DNA from: an uncultured Chloroflexia bacterium
Lineage (GTDB): Bacteria; Chloroflexota; Dehalococcoidia; UBA2979
Length of the DNA: 64,000 bases
NCBI GenBank assembly: GCA_963728205.1
Contig: CAVSIV010000001.1
Location: forward strand, 1,024,001-1,088,000
Reading direction: 5' to 3'
Shown here: positions 1-11,275 of the stretch, piece by piece
How the letters are laid out: every line of letters begins with the position of its first letter
Position numbering within the stretch: position 1 is the first letter of the stretch
Position numbers and translations under genes: made by a program
The notes under the pieces: generated by a model
Seen by the model: the letters and a program-made list of their open reading frames with translations, nothing else
Database searches by the model: none
Told to the model about the DNA's origin: nothing

Positions 1-14
1 CACCGGCACGCTCG

Positions 15-473
15 TCAGCCGATCTGCTCGAGCATGCCGAGCCGCGACATGCCCTCCCACTCCTCGACGATGCGCCCGTTGCGCAGCCGGTACATCGCGA
101 CGCCGGCCATGCGCACGCGGCGCCCGCTGGGCGCGACGCCGCGCACCTCGCCGGCGTGGGTGCCCTCGGCGGTGAAGCGCGCGGCGACGAGGTCGCCCTC
201 CGCGATCAGCTCGTGCACGGTCGCGGTGATGTCGGGAAAGGCCTGCCGATAGCGGGCGACGAGCTCGCGGATCGTCGCCCAGCCGTACAGCTCCTCGCCG
301 TCGGAGGCGTGAAACACCACGTCCGGCGCGTAGAGCTGCGCCGCGAGGTCCAACTCGCCGCCGTTCAGCAGGCGGGCGAAGGTGCGCCGCACCACCAGGC
401 GGTTGCTCTCGACGCTGCTGGGGGCGGGAAGCGCGGCCCGCGTGGCCGCGCCGGTCAACAGGGTCCGGGTCAT
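15..473 (-). CDS. SnoaL-like ester cyclase family protein
   Basis: FPD...HELIAEGDLVAARFTAEGTHAGE...G...SGRRV pattern typical of SnoaL/NTF2-like cyclases; ATG at 473 overlaps the upstream stop (ATGA). Confidence 0.85.
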   Translation of the reverse strand: MTRTLLTGAATRAALPAPSSVESNRLVVRRTFARLLNGGELDLAAQLYAPDVVFHASDGEELYGWATIRELVARYRQAFPDITATVHELIAEGDLVAARFTAEGTHAGEVRGVAPSGRRVRMAGVAMYRLRNGRIVEEWEGMSRLGMLEQIG

Positions 474-1156
474 CGTTCGCCCCCTTCGCGCCTGGCCGGG
501 GCCGCGGCCGGCGCCGCCGGGCGCGGCGCGGCCAGGATGTCGCTCACCTCGTCGTCCGAGGTGGCCTCGAATTGCTCGTAGTGGGAGCCGACGGCGAGGA
601 ACGGCTCCGGCCGCTGCAGGCAGACGACGACGTCGGCCTCCGTCGCCAGGTCGTCGCACGACTCGGGCGCGCCGACGGGCACCGCGGCGACCAGGGTCGC
701 CGGTCCGGCCGCGCGCACGGAGCGCAGCGCGGCGCGCATCGTCGCGCCGGTCGCGAGGCCGTCGTCGACGACGATCACCACGCGGCCGGCAATCACGGGC
801 GGGGGGCGCCCGTCGCGGAAGAGCGCCTCCCGCCGCCGGGCCTCCTCGCGCTGGCGCGCGGTCACCGCCTCAATCGCCGCCTCGCTGACCCCGAGCTCCG
901 CGATCAGCTCCGCGTTCAGGTAGCGCCCGCCGTTCGCCGTCACCGCGCCAATCGCGAGCTCCTCGTGGCCGGGCGCGCCGAGCTTGCGCGCGACGACGAC
1001 GTCGAGCTCCGCGCCGAGGCGGCGCGCCACCTCGGCGGCGGTCACGACGCCGCCGCGCGGGATGCCGAGGACGAGCGAGTTTCGGTCGCGATAAGGCTCG
1101 AGGGCATCGGCGAGTCGTGCGCCGCCCTCGGCGCGGTCGAGCAAGCGGGTACGCAT
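470..1156 (-). CDS. Phosphoribosyltransferase family protein
   Basis: LGIPRGGV, RKLGAPGHEELAIGA and PRPP-binding VIVVDDGLATGAT motifs. Confidence 0.9.
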   Translation of the reverse strand: MRTRLLDRAEGGARLADALEPYRDRNSLVLGIPRGGVVTAAEVARRLGAELDVVVARKLGAPGHEELAIGAVTANGGRYLNAELIAELGVSEAAIEAVTARQREEARRREALFRDGRPPPVIAGRVVIVVDDGLATGATMRAALRSVRAAGPATLVAAVPVGAPESCDDLATEADVVVCLQRPEPFLAVGSHYEQFEATSDDEVSDILAAPRPAAPAAAPARREGGER

Positions 1157-1440
1157 CGCGCACCTCCTCGCCGGGCGTGCATCGCCCGCGATCAATCACA
1201 CCATCAGCCGCCACCGGCACGCACGGGGAGAGGCGATCGTCCCGCGCCGTCGGTGACGCGAGGGGGCGCCGGTTGGGCGCGCGGCAGGCGTGAGGCCTGC
1301 CGTGTGGCGCGACGAGGCCGCCGTCCGGCCCCCGCCCGGCGGGGCGACGAACGTCACCGCCGCGGCAGGACGACACGCCGTTCCCGCGCGCCGCGGCCCG
1401 GCGCACGCTGCGTCTGCACCCCGCGCAGGGAGGCCCCGCC

Positions 1441-1797
1441 ATGACCACCGCCACGCCGCCCCGGCCCGCTCACATCGAACTCCCGGACCGCCGCGGCCAC
1501 CGGCTGCACTGCCCGCGCTGCGAGGCGCGCCTGCTGTTCGACGGAGACGAGTACCTCTGCGTCGCCTGCGGTTACGAACTCCCCGCCGACCAGCTCCCGC
1601 GCGACGTGCGTCGCGAATTGGACCGAGCCGGCCACTCCCGGCACGTGATGATGGGTCTCGGCGCGGGCATGCTCGCCGCGGGCGCGATCGCGCGCGGGCT
1701 GGGCGCGCTCGCGTGGATCGCGCTCGTAGCCGGGTCGGGCGTGGCCGGAGCGGTGCTGGCCGCGATCCTCTCGGTGCGTCGCACGCGGACGCCGTGA
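1441..1797 (+). CDS. Hypothetical protein: N-terminal zinc ribbon plus C-terminal membrane segments
   Basis: CPRC...CVACG motif then hydrophobic stretches; GGGAGG RBS upstream. Confidence 0.65.
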   Translation: MTTATPPRPAHIELPDRRGHRLHCPRCEARLLFDGDEYLCVACGYELPADQLPRDVRRELDRAGHSRHVMMGLGAGMLAAGAIARGLGALAWIALVAGSGVAGAVLAAILSVRRTRTP

Positions 1798-1822
1798 CGC
1801 GGCCGTGTTGCGGGGGAACGCC

Positions 1823-2509
1823 ATGCCGGAAGAGGCCGAGCGTCACGCGCTCGAGATCGCGATCGACGACGCGGGCGCACACCTGCAGGGCGACCTCGTG
1901 CGGCCGGCGGATGCGCGGGGCATCGTCGTGTTCGCACACGGCAGCGGCAGCAGCCGGTTCAGCCCGCGCAACCGGTTCGTCGCGCAGGTGATCGCCGAGT
2001 CCGGCCTCGCCACGCTGCTCTTCGACCTGCTCACGCCGGAGGAGGAGCAGATCGACGAGCGCACGCTCGAGTACCGCTTCGACATCGGTCGCCTCAACCG
2101 CCGGCTGGTCGCGGTCGTGGACTGGGTCGCGGCCGACGCGCGGACGGCGGGCCTCGCGGTGGGCTGCTTCGGGGCGAGCACCGGCGCCGCGGCGGCGCTG
2201 ATCGCGGCCGCCGAGCGGCCGGACGTGGTGCGCGCGGTGGTGTCGCGCGGCGGCCGCCCGGACCTCGCGAGCGGCGCGCTGACGCGCGTCCGGGCGCCCA
2301 CGCTGCTGATCGTCGGCGGTCGCGACCTGCAGGTGCTCGAGCTCAACCGCGAGGCCGCGCGCGCGATGACGCTTCCGCCGCGCATCGAGATCGTCCCCGG
2401 CGCAACGCACCTCTTCGAGGAGCCGGGTGCGCTCGAACGCGTCGCGGCGCTCGCGCGGGACTGGTTCCTGCTCCACCTCGCGGCGGGCGACGGCGCGCGA
2501 GGCAATTGA
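1823..2509 (+). CDS. Dienelactone hydrolase-like alpha/beta hydrolase
   Basis: FAHGSGSSRFSPRN, GASTG nucleophile elbow, VSRGGRPDL, GATHLFEEPG. Confidence 0.9.
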   Translation: MPEEAERHALEIAIDDAGAHLQGDLVRPADARGIVVFAHGSGSSRFSPRNRFVAQVIAESGLATLLFDLLTPEEEQIDERTLEYRFDIGRLNRRLVAVVDWVAADARTAGLAVGCFGASTGAAAALIAAAERPDVVRAVVSRGGRPDLASGALTRVRAPTLLIVGGRDLQVLELNREAARAMTLPPRIEIVPGATHLFEEPGALERVAALARDWFLLHLAAGDGARGN

Positions 2510-2589
2510 TCGGGCGCGTGCGGCGCGCTCAGCCCGTCACGCGTGGCCGTTCGCCATGAGCGCTCGCCGTCGGCGCGGCCGCTGGGGCG

Positions 2590-3987
2590 CTAGCGCGACC
2601 AGAAGTGGATGGCGCCGCCCTCGAGCATGAGGGCGGCCTCGCGGACCGCCTCGGCGAGCGTCGGGTGGGCGTGCACCGTCGCGGCGATCTCCACCGGCGT
2701 CGTCTCCAGGACGCGTCCCAGCGCGACCTCGGCGATCAGCTCCGACGCCCCCGGCCCGACAATCTGCGCGCCGATCAGCGCCCGCGTCTCGCGGTCGGCC
2801 ACGAGCTTCACGAAGCCCGCGGTGTCGTCGAGCGTCATCGCGCGGGCGTTCGCGCGCAGCGGGAACCGCGCGACCTGCGGGTCGCGCCCGGCCGCGCGCG
2901 CCTGCCCGGCGTCGAGGCCAACCCACGCCACCTCCGGGTGGCAGTAGACGACGCGCGGCACCGCGTCGAGGTCGACGGGCCGCGCGCAGCGGCCGGCAAT
3001 CGCCTCGACGGCCGCGATGCCCTGCGCCGACGCGGCATGCGCAAGCGGCAGCCGTCCCGTCACGTCGCCGATCGCCCACACGCCGGGCAGCGACGTGCGC
3101 CCGAGCGCGTCGACCGTGACGAACCCGCGCGCGTCCAGCGCGACGCCGGCCTCCGCGAGCCCGAGGTCGCGCGTGTTCGGCTCGATGCCCAGCGCGACCA
3201 GCGCGCACTCCGCCTCCAGCGTCGAGGCGCCGGCGCCGTCCTCGAGCTCGATCGCGACGTAGCCCGCCGTCGGCCGCATGGCGCCGGCGCGCGTGCGCGC
3301 CCGCACGGCGATGCCGCGCGCCACGTACGCCTGCTCGACGACGCGCGCGGCGTCCGGGTCGGCGTCCGGCAGCAGCTGCGGGCCGTGCTCGACGACCGTG
3401 ACGCGCGAGCCGGCCGCGGCGAAGACGTCGGCGAGCTCGGCGCCGACGCAGCCGCCGCCGAGGATCGCGATCGAGGCGGGGACCGCGCGGCGCGCGAGCG
3501 CCTCGCGGCTCGTGAGGACGCGCTCGCCGTCGACGGGCCACGGCGAGCGCGGTCGCGCGCCGGTGGCCACAATCAGCGCGCCGGCCGTCAGGCGGCGCGC
3601 CACCGGCGACAGCGTGAGCGTGTGCGCGTCGGCCAGGCGCGCGGTCGCCCGCACCAGCTCGACGCCGTTGCGCGCGAGCAGCTCCTCGACTCCGCCCGTC
3701 ATGTGGCGGACCACCTCGCGGCTGTGGTCGACCGCCTCGCCGAGGTCGAAGCGCACCCCCTCCGCGTGCACGCCGAACGGGGCCGCCGCGCGGGCGAGCT
3801 CCGCGAGCTCGGCCGAACGCAGCAGCACCTTGGCGGGGATGCACCCCCAGTTCAGGCAGACGCCGCCCACCGCGTCGCGCTCGACGACCGCCGTGCGCAG
3901 CCCGAGCTGCGCCGCCCGGATCGCGGCGACGTAGCCGCCCGGGCCCGCGCCGACGATCGCGACGTCGAAGTCGTATGCGGTCGCCAT
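2590..3987 (-). CDS. lpdA: Dihydrolipoyl dehydrogenase (E3)
   Basis: GAGPGG FAD motif, GGVCLNWGCIP redox disulfide, HPTLAE C-terminal motif. Confidence 0.93.
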   Translation of the reverse strand: MATAYDFDVAIVGAGPGGYVAAIRAAQLGLRTAVVERDAVGGVCLNWGCIPAKVLLRSAELAELARAAAPFGVHAEGVRFDLGEAVDHSREVVRHMTGGVEELLARNGVELVRATARLADAHTLTLSPVARRLTAGALIVATGARPRSPWPVDGERVLTSREALARRAVPASIAILGGGCVGAELADVFAAAGSRVTVVEHGPQLLPDADPDAARVVEQAYVARGIAVRARTRAGAMRPTAGYVAIELEDGAGASTLEAECALVALGIEPNTRDLGLAEAGVALDARGFVTVDALGRTSLPGVWAIGDVTGRLPLAHAASAQGIAAVEAIAGRCARPVDLDAVPRVVYCHPEVAWVGLDAGQARAAGRDPQVARFPLRANARAMTLDDTAGFVKLVADRETRALIGAQIVGPGASELIAEVALGRVLETTPVEIAATVHAHPTLAEAVREAALMLEGGAIHFWSR

Positions 3988-3988
3988 C

Positions 3989-4243
3989 TCACGCCCGCGC
4001 CCGGTGCGCGTCGACGTACGCGACGCAGTCGTCGAGCGACATCAGCTGCGCGTAGTCGTCCTCCGGGATGTCGACGCCGGTCGTCTCGTCGATGGCGAGC
4101 ACGAAGTTCAGGAAGTCCATGGAGTCGAGGTCGAGCTCCTCGCGGAGGTGGGCGTCGCCCGCGAGCGGGCGGCCCGACGCCTCCGGGCGGAGGGCGAAGA
4201 GCAGGCGGAGGATGGTCGCGCGGGTGTCGGTGTCGGCGGTCAT
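3989..4243 (-). CDS. Acyl carrier protein in the PDH cluster
   Basis: LDLDSMDF phosphopantetheine site; 84 aa, acidic. Confidence 0.88.
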   Translation of the reverse strand: MTADTDTRATILRLLFALRPEASGRPLAGDAHLREELDLDSMDFLNFVLAIDETTGVDIPEDDYAQLMSLDDCVAYVDAHRARA

Positions 4244-5518
4244 AGTCGCTCCGGGTCCTGCAGCAACGCGTCGATTGCGGCGAGGTAGAGCGCGCCGCGG
4301 TGGCCGTCGCTCGCGCGGTGGTCCGCGGTGAGCGACGCCGTCACCTGGCGGCGGGCGGCCAGCATGCCGTGCTCTGCCCAGGGCCGCTCGACGATGCGGC
4401 CGAAGCCGACGAGCGCGACCTGCGGCGGGTAGATCACGCCGAACACCGTCTCCACGCCGCGGTCGCCGAGGTTCGTCACGGTCAGGGTGGCGTCGGTCAG
4501 CTCCGAGCCGCGCAGCGTGCCGCCGCGCGTGCGTGCCACGAGGTCGCGCAGCGCCGCCATCAGCGCGTCGAGCGGCAGGCCTTCGGCGTCGTGGATCGCC
4601 GGTGCGATCAGGCCACCGCCCGGGAGCGAGATGCCGACGCCGAGATGCACCGCGGTCGATGGCGCGAAGGCGTCGTCGCGCCAGAAGCCGTTCATCTCGG
4701 GGACGTCGCGCGCGGCGAGCGCGGCGGCCTTGAGCAGCAGCGCCGCCGGGAGCAGCCGCTCCGCGACGCCGCGCTCGCGGTTGCGCGCGGCGAGCCAGTC
4801 GAGCGCGCGGCTCATGTCGATGTCGTGCGCGAGGTAATACGCGGGGATCTCGCGGTGGGAGCGCGCCATCGCGGCGGCGATGGCGCGGCGCATGGCCGCG
4901 GCCTTCTCGTCGGCGCGTGCCGGCGGGGCGGCGGGGGCGGCCGGCGGAACCGGGGACGGCGGCGTCGCGGGTGCCGGCAGCGGAGCGGGCGTCGCCGTGC
5001 GGGCGCCCGCGGGAGCGGCGGCGCGCTCGACGTCGGCCTGCGTGATCGCGCCGGCCAGGCCGGTGCCGTGGACGGTCGCGAGGTCGACGCCCAGCCGCTC
5101 GGCCGTGACGCGGGCGAGCGGCGAGACGCGCGGACGGCGCGGGGTGCCGGGCGCGGCGGGTGCGGGCGCGGTGGGAGCAGCGACCGTGGGCGCGGGTGCG
5201 GGCGCGGCTGCGACCGTGGGCGCGGGTGCGGCGGCCGCCGGACCGACTGCGACCGGGGTCGGCGCTGCGCCGGGCGGAGCACTCGCCGCGCCCGCCACTT
5301 CGATGCGCGCGAGCGGCGTCCCGACCGGCACGCTCGTCCCCTCGGCGACGAGCAGCTCGCCCACGGTGCCGCTCTCGAACACCTCCACGTCGACGTCGGC
5401 CTTGTCGGTCTCGATGTGCGCGATCACGTCGCCGCGGCGCACCGCGTCGCCGGGGTGCACGAGCCAGCGGAGCAGCGTCCCCTTCTCCATGTCGGCGCCG
5501 AGCGACGGCATGCAGAAG

Positions 5519-5526
<8 letters not shown>
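4240..5526 (-). CDS. pdhC: 2-oxoacid dehydrogenase E2 dihydrolipoamide acetyltransferase
   Basis: Lipoyl domain ETDKA, Ala/Pro linker, E3-binding GTG...I, catalytic DHRASDG. Confidence 0.92.
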
Positions 5527-6525
<999 letters not shown>

Positions 6526-6529
<4 letters not shown>

Positions 6530-7542
6530 GGGAGCGCCTCGCCGTCCATCGTCACGAAGCGCGTGAGCTCCGCGACCGGCTCGTCCGTGCCGGCCTCCGC
6601 GAACGCGACGGCCGCCTCGATCTCCTCCGCGACCTCCCCCTCGAGCGCCGCGCGCGTGGCGTCGTCGAGCAGTCCGGACGCGCGCAGGCGCCCGTCGAGC
6701 GCGTCGATCGGGTCGCGCGCCTTCCACCCCTCGACCTCGGCCTTCGGGCGGTAGAGCTCGGGGTCGTACATCGAGTGCGGGCGGTAGCGGTACGTGCGCA
6801 GCTCGAGGAACGCGGGCGAGCCGCCGTCGCGCACCATCGCGGCGGCCCGCGCGGCGGCGTCCGCGACCGCGGCGACGTCCATGCCGTCGACCGGCCACGC
6901 GGGCATCTCGTACGCGCTCGCCTTGAGCGCGAGGTCGGTCTCGGACTGCGTGCGGCGCAGCGCCGAGCCCATCGCGTAGAGGTTGTTCTCGCAGCAGAAG
7001 AGCACCGGCAGGTCCCATAGCGCGGCGAGGTTCATCGCCTCGTGGAACGCGCCCTCGGCCATCGCGCCCTCGCCGAAGAAGCACGCGGTGACCCGGCGGC
7101 GCCCGGCGAGCCGGTCGGCGAGCGCCAGGCCGACCGCGACCGGCAGCCCGCCCCCCACGATGGCGTTGCCGCCGTAGAAGCGCGTGGCCGCGTCGAAGAT
7201 GTGCATCGACCCGCCGCGCCCGCGGCTCACGCCCTCCTGCTTGCCGTACATCTCGGCCATCAGCGCGGTCGCGGGGATGCCGCGCGCCAGGGCGTGGCCG
7301 TGCTCGCGGTAGGTGGCCACCACCGCGTCCTCGGGCCGCAGCGCCCCCATCACGCCGACGGCGACGGCCTCCTCGCCGATGTAGAGGTGGAGGAAGCCGC
7401 GGATCTTCGTCGCGCTGTAGAGCTCGGCGCAGCGCTCCTCGAAGCGGCGGATGCGCAGCATCGCGCGCAGCCATGCGAGACCGCGCTCGCGGTCGACGCC
7501 CTCGAGCGGCGCGGCGCCGGTCGCGTGCGCGGTCTCCGTCAT
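6526..7542 (-). CDS. pdhA: Pyruvate dehydrogenase E1 alpha subunit
   Basis: [21 protein letters not shown] motif GEGA...[11 protein letters not shown]. Confidence 0.92.
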
Positions 7543-9344
7543 GGTGCCGCCCGCCCGGAGGCCGGCGGCGCGGCCGGCGGTGCGGGCGGCTCGAGCGTCG
7601 AGAGGTCGCCCTCCGGCAGCCCGAGCTCGCGCGCCTTCAGCAGGCGCCGCATGATCTTGCCGCTGCGCGTGCGCGGCAGGCTCTCGGCGAACGCGAGCTC
7701 GCGCGGCGCCATCTGCGCGCCGAGCCGCTGCCGCGCGAACGCCAGCACGTCGCGCGCCAGCGCGTCGCCCGGCTCGATCCCCGCACGCAGGCTGACGAAC
7801 GCCTTCACGGCCTCGCCGAGCACCGGGTCGGGCATGCCGATCACCGCGGCCTCCGCGACCGCGGGGTGCTCCATCAGCGCGCTCTCGACCTCGAATGGGC
7901 CGATCAGGTGGCCCGCCGACTTGATCACGTCGTCCGCGCGCCCGACGAACCAGAAGTACCCGTCGGCGTCGCGCCGCGCGAGGTCGCCGCTGAGGTACCA
8001 GCCGTCGACGAAGCAGCGCGCCGTCCGCTCGGGCTCGTGCTCGTAGCCGCGGAACATCGACGGCCAGCCGGCGCGCAGCGCCAGCTCGCCGGTCGCCGCC
8101 GGGTCGGTGACGACGTCGACCCCGCCCTCGGGGCGCCGCTCGACGATCGCGGCCTCGACGCCGGGGAGGGGACGCCCCATCGACCCCGGTCGCACGGGCA
8201 TCGCGACATAATTCGCGATCATGATCCCGCCGGTCTCGGTCTGCCACCAGTTGTCGAGCACCGGCTTCCCGAAGACGCGCCGTCCCCAGGTCACGGCCTC
8301 GGGGTTGAGCGGCTCGCCCACGCTCGCGATCAGGCGCAGGCGCTCGAACTGGAAGCGCCCGGCGAGGTCGTCGCCGGCCCGCATCAGGAGGCGGATCGCC
8401 GTGGGCGCCGTGTACCAGACGGTGACGCCCTCGTCGTGCAGCAGGCGATACCAGCGCGCGGCGTCGAAATCGCCCTCGTCGATGATGCTCGTGAGGCCGT
8501 GCGTGAGCGGCGCGATGATGCCGTACGACGTGCCGGTCACCCAGCCCGGGTCGGCCGTGCACCAGAAGACGTCGTCGGGGTGGAAGTCGAGCGCGTAGGT
8601 CGCGGTCGTGTGGTGCGCGACGACGGCCTCGTGCACGTGCAGTGCGCCCTTCGGCGTGCCGGTGGTTCCGCTCGTGAAGTGCAGCAGCGCGGGGTCCTCG
8701 GGCCGGGTCGGCTCGATGGCGAAGTCTCCCGTCGCGGCGTCGACGGCGCCGTGCCAGTCGATGACGCCGGCCGCCGCCGCGAGCTCCGGGTGATCGGCGG
8801 CGTCGACGATGAGCACGTGCCGGAGGCCGGGCAGCTCATCGCGGATGTCCATGACCTTGCGGGCGTACAGCGACGCGGTCGTCACGAGCACCCGGCCGTC
8901 GCCGCGGGCGAGGCGCTGGCGGATCGGCTCGGGACCGAACGCGGAGAAGAGCGGCGAGAAGACGCTCCCGTTCTTCAGCGCACCGAGGGCGCTCACGTAC
9001 AGCTCGGGGATGCGCCCGGTCAGCGAGAAGACGCGGTCGCCCTTGCCGACGCCGAGGCCGCGCAGCACCTCGGCGAAGCGGTTCGAGGCGTCGGCGAGCT
9101 CGGCATACGTGATGTCGCGGCGGTCCCCGCGGCGGCCGATCCAGCGCAGCGCGACGTGCTGCGCGCGCGGTCCGGCGGCGTGGCGGTCGACGGCCTCGTG
9201 GGCGATGTTGAGGGCGCCGCCGGGCAGCCCGTCGAGCGCGCCCCGCGCGGCCTCCCAGCTGAACGCGCGGACGGTCGCCTCGTAGTCGATGAGGTTGGGT
9301 TGCACGGCCGGCGCCGGCGGGACCAACGGTCCGATCACAGCCAT
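7539..9344 (-). CDS. acsA: Acetate--CoA ligase (acetyl-CoA synthetase)
   Basis: [14 protein letters not shown]-binding loop, [20 protein letters not shown]. Confidence 0.92.
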   Translation of the reverse strand: MAVIGPLVPPAPAVQPNLIDYEATVRAFSWEAARGALDGLPGGALNIAHEAVDRHAAGPRAQHVALRWIGRRGDRRDITYAELADASNRFAEVLRGLGVGKGDRVFSLTGRIPELYVSALGALKNGSVFSPLFSAFGPEPIRQRLARGDGRVLVTTASLYARKVMDIRDELPGLRHVLIVDAADHPELAAAAGVIDWHGAVDAATGDFAIEPTRPEDPALLHFTSGTTGTPKGALHVHEAVVAHHTTATYALDFHPDDVFWCTADPGWVTGTSYGIIAPLTHGLTSIIDEGDFDAARWYRLLHDEGVTVWYTAPTAIRLLMRAGDDLAGRFQFERLRLIASVGEPLNPEAVTWGRRVFGKPVLDNWWQTETGGIMIANYVAMPVRPGSMGRPLPGVEAAIVERRPEGGVDVVTDPAATGELALRAGWPSMFRGYEHEPERTARCFVDGWYLSGDLARRDADGYFWFVGRADDVIKSAGHLIGPFEVESALMEHPAVAEAAVIGMPDPVLGEAVKAFVSLRAGIEPGDALARDVLAFARQRLGAQMAPRELAFAESLPRTRSGKIMRRLLKARELGLPEGDLSTLEPPAPPAAPPASGRAAP

Positions 9345-9436
9345 GTCGCCACGATGCGCGCCGCCGCCCCGCGGGTCAGCGGCCGAACGTCACGCGGGGC
9401 GAATGACGAAGTGCATGAAGCGGACGCGCGCCGGCG

Positions 9437-9763
9437 TCAGCGCCGCGCCCGCCGGATCAGGCGGGCCAGACCGCCGCGCCGGCGGCGCGCGCCGCGACCG
9501 AAGAGCGAGACGTCGACGACCGCCACCGGTCGGAACACCACGCCGACGAACACGTTGACCTCGGGACGCCGCGGCTGCATCGCGCGTCGCGCCGCGAGCG
9601 CGATCGCCACCAGCGTCAGCGGCAGCACCGCTCGCCGCCGGCGGGCGAAGCGTCGGCCGCGCGCCCAGGGCGGGCGGCCGGCCCCGCCGGGACCGGGCGG
9701 CATGTGCGCTTGCCCCTCGTCCGGACGCGATGTGGATGGCTGGTCTCCCTGGTACTCGTTCAT
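9437..9763 (-). CDS. Hypothetical Arg-rich small protein with hydrophobic segments
   Basis: ORF fills the gap upstream of acsA; no recognisable motif. Confidence 0.4.
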   Translation of the reverse strand: MNEYQGDQPSTSRPDEGQAHMPPGPGGAGRPPWARGRRFARRRRAVLPLTLVAIALAARRAMQPRRPEVNVFVGVVFRPVAVVDVSLFGRGARRRRGGLARLIRRARR

Positions 9764-9966
9764 GGCGACAGCGTCGCCGGGCCTCGACGAACGGGACAAG
9801 TGCGGATCGTCCCGCGGCCCGCGCGGCGAACGTCATGGACCCCGCCCGCACGGGGGCTCCGGAGGGGCGCTTCCGGGTTGCGCAAAACCGGGATAGCCTC
9901 GGCGCTCAGCTCCCCCCGCTGAGACGCATCGGCGCCCGCCCCGCGCGCGCCGAAGGGCAGGCGCGA

Positions 9967-10809
9967 GTGCACCCAGGGCTGTACTTCCTGCTTCTCTACG
10001 CGGCCGCAATCGCCGCCGGTGCCTTCGGCGCGCTCCTCGGCCTCGGCGGCGGCATCATCATCGTCCCGGTCCTCACGCTGCTCTTCCGCGTCGACATCCA
10101 CTACGCCATCGGCGCGAGCATCGTCTCCGTGATCGCGACGTCGAGCGGGGCGGCTGCCACCTACGTGAAGGACCGCATCGCGGACATGCGCCTGGGCATG
10201 TTCCTGGAGTCGGCGACGACGACGGGGGCGATCGCCGGCGCCTTCGTCGCCGGACTGGTCGCGGGGCAGGTGCTGTTCTTCGTCTTCGCGATCGTCCTCA
10301 TCTACTCGGCCGGCATGATGTTCCGGAAGTACTTCTTGCCGGAGCCGCCGCCCGCCAGGCCCGACCGCTACGCACGCGCGCTGCGCCTGGGCGGCCACTA
10401 CTTCGACCCGGCGCTCGGGCGCGAGATTCAGTACGAGGTGACGGGCGTGCCCGGCGGCTTCGGTCTCGCGATGGTCGCCGGCGGCGTCTCCGGCCTGCTC
10501 GGCATCGGAGGCGGCTCGCTCAAGGTCCCCGCGATGGACCTGCTGATGCACGTCCCGCTCAAGGTTTCCTCTGCGACGAGCAACTTCATGATCGGCGTGA
10601 CGGCGGCGACCAGCGCCGGCGTGTACTTCACGCGCGGCGACGTGAACCCGTTCATCGCCGCGCCCGTCGCGATGGGCGTCCTCAGCGGAACGGTCGTGGG
10701 GACGCGGCTGCTCAAGCGACTGCCGAGCGAGCAGCTGCGCGTGATCTTCGCGGTCGTGCTGCTGATCACCGCGGCGCAGATGCTCGTGAAGGGGCTCGGC
10801 GTTGGATGA
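9967..10809 (+). CDS. Sulfite exporter TauE/SafE (TSUP) family membrane protein
   Basis: GALLGLGGGIIIVP and SGLLGIGGG repeats, KVSSATSNFMIGVT. Confidence 0.9.
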   Translation: MHPGLYFLLLYAAAIAAGAFGALLGLGGGIIIVPVLTLLFRVDIHYAIGASIVSVIATSSGAAATYVKDRIADMRLGMFLESATTTGAIAGAFVAGLVAGQVLFFVFAIVLIYSAGMMFRKYFLPEPPPARPDRYARALRLGGHYFDPALGREIQYEVTGVPGGFGLAMVAGGVSGLLGIGGGSLKVPAMDLLMHVPLKVSSATSNFMIGVTAATSAGVYFTRGDVNPFIAAPVAMGVLSGTVVGTRLLKRLPSEQLRVIFAVVLLITAAQMLVKGLGVG

Positions 10810-10813
10810 GCGC

Positions 10814-11275
10814 ATGAGCCGCGAGGCGGACCCCGGGGCGGCCGAGGGCGAGACCGAGGATCGCGCCGTCGCCGAGATGGAGACGACCGTCGCGATCGCC
10901 CTGCGCTGGGGTGTGCTTCTGAGCTTCGCGGTGATCCTGCTCGGCAGCGCCTGGCTCTTCGCCTCCGGCGACACCGGTTACGCCGGCGTGTCCGTCTCCG
11001 GCGCCCACGCGGCCGACGCGCTCACCACCTACCACGCGGGCGGCGCGGGACAGTGGTTCCCGACGACCCCGACCGAGGTGATCGCGGGCGTGCGCGCCGG
11101 CCGGCCGTACGCCGTGATCACGCTCGGCGTGCTGGTGCTGATCGCGACGCCGGTGTTTCGGGTCGCCGTGTCGGTGATCACGTTCCTCTGGGAGCGCGAT
11201 CGCATGTACGCGCTGATCACGCTGTACGTGCTGCTGGTGCTGCTCGTGAGCTTCGTGATCGGCAAGGGCGGCTAG
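10814..11275 (+). CDS. DUF1634-like membrane protein
   Basis: LGVLVLIATPVFRV motif; typical partner gene downstream of TSUP exporters. Confidence 0.8.
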   Translation: MSREADPGAAEGETEDRAVAEMETTVAIALRWGVLLSFAVILLGSAWLFASGDTGYAGVSVSGAHAADALTTYHAGGAGQWFPTTPTEVIAGVRAGRPYAVITLGVLVLIATPVFRVAVSVITFLWERDRMYALITLYVLLVLLVSFVIGKGG

